The position numbers and the translations under genes are program-made. This document shows positions 63,230-64,000 of a stretch of 64,000 nt of DNA, one piece after another. Numbering within the stretch: position 1 is the stretch's first letter; each line of letters begins with the position of its first letter. A model generated the notes under the pieces. The model did not search any database. It saw only the letters and a list, made by a program, of their open reading frames with translations, and was not told the origin of the DNA. The stretch is from the human T2T-CHM13v2.0 reference genome, Homo sapiens: the NCBI RefSeq assembly GCF_009914755.1, contig NC_060927.1; one strand, 5' to 3'.

Positions 63230-63600
63230 TCAACCCGTTCTGCACTGACCACCATGTGACTTTGCTCCTAAGAAAAAGCAGAATATATTTCCCCACCCCT
63301 GGATTTGGGGTTTGGCCATGTAATTTGCTTTGGCTGAAAGACGGAGATGAATGGGAGTGACAGGGAGCCAGTTATGAGATTTCTGCCTTAAAGGCTTTCC
63401 ACATTTGCCATTGCCATCTGCCATTGTTTGCCACACGAGGAGAATGAGAGACACACGCTGCAGAGCCAGCCCAGCTGAGCCCTGCCTATGTCAGCCAAAA
63501 AGCAGCTGACCTGCAGACATGAGAGCAGTTATAAATGATCATTGCTTTACCCTGCCGAGTCTTGAGGAGGTTTTTGCACAGCAACAGCTGACTAATGCAG
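63230..63600 (+). mobile_element. MaLR MLT1 LTR
   Basis: tggccatgtaatttgctttggc...gctgacctgcagacatgaga...acagcaacagctgactaatgca. Confidence 0.65.
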
Positions 63601-63712
63601 GGCTTTACTGTGTGTCCCACAGTGTAGTTTGGCTTTTCCTCATTTGACTTAAGTAGAGACTTTAATTAGTTCTAAATGCTTTCCAAATGGTTACTATTTC
63701 TTTTGATAGTAT

Positions 63713-64000
63713 TGAAACTGCCTTTGCAAAAACTATGTCAGTGAGAAAAATTATAACAGTAAGCTGAGCTAAATTGTTGCAGGTAGTTAGATGGGCATGA
63801 GCGGGGCAGGAGAGTGCTCTTCCCCCACCTACTAGGAATGTCAGGTGATGGTCTGACAGCTATCACACTGTCTCTGTAAAAATGGTAATGCGGGGACCTG
63901 GGTGCCGTGGCTCACACCTGTAATCCTAACACTTTGGGAGGTGGAGACTGACAGATAGCTTGAGTCCAGGAATTCAAGACCAGCCTGGACAACAAGGTGA
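63713..64000 (+). mobile_element. Nested LTR8/LTR26-like start (63713), MER50/LTR9-like LTR (63775) and Alu (from ~63894, cut by the window edge)
   Basis: tgaaactgcctttgcaaaaa; tgttgcaggtagttag...gcatgagcggggcaggagag; gtggctcacacctgtaatcc. Confidence 0.6.

Overview
Primate genomic DNA, almost certainly human (Alu, L1PA, MaLR and MIR repeats). It holds the 5' end of RFTN1 (raftlin) on the minus strand: a CpG-island promoter with non-coding exon 1 (~22,850 to 22,579), a ~19.6 kb intron 1, and exon 2 (3,015 to 2,863), which encodes the first 48 residues ([10 protein letters not shown]...FTTLSA). The rest of the gene lies off the left edge. The ~41 kb upstream is repeat-rich intergenic DNA with nested LTR insertions, a 28-bp VNTR, an AT-rich array and a probable MLT1J-LTR-driven spliced lncRNA (~45.45-50.5 kb; possibly LINC00690, from memory only). 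I found no rRNA, tRNA, CRISPR array or other credible protein-coding gene. Apart from the RFTN1 exon, the ORF-track hits look like repeat, low-complexity or chance artefacts. The most interesting observation is a possible translational-control module in the RFTN1 5'UTR. A spliced 29-codon uORF stops 1 nt before the main AUG, a NAGNAG acceptor alters it, and a candidate cryptic exon next to a ~280-nt UG repeat would truncate it. Repeat subfamily names and boundaries are by-eye estimates from remembered consensus sequences, and all motif calls are unvalidated.
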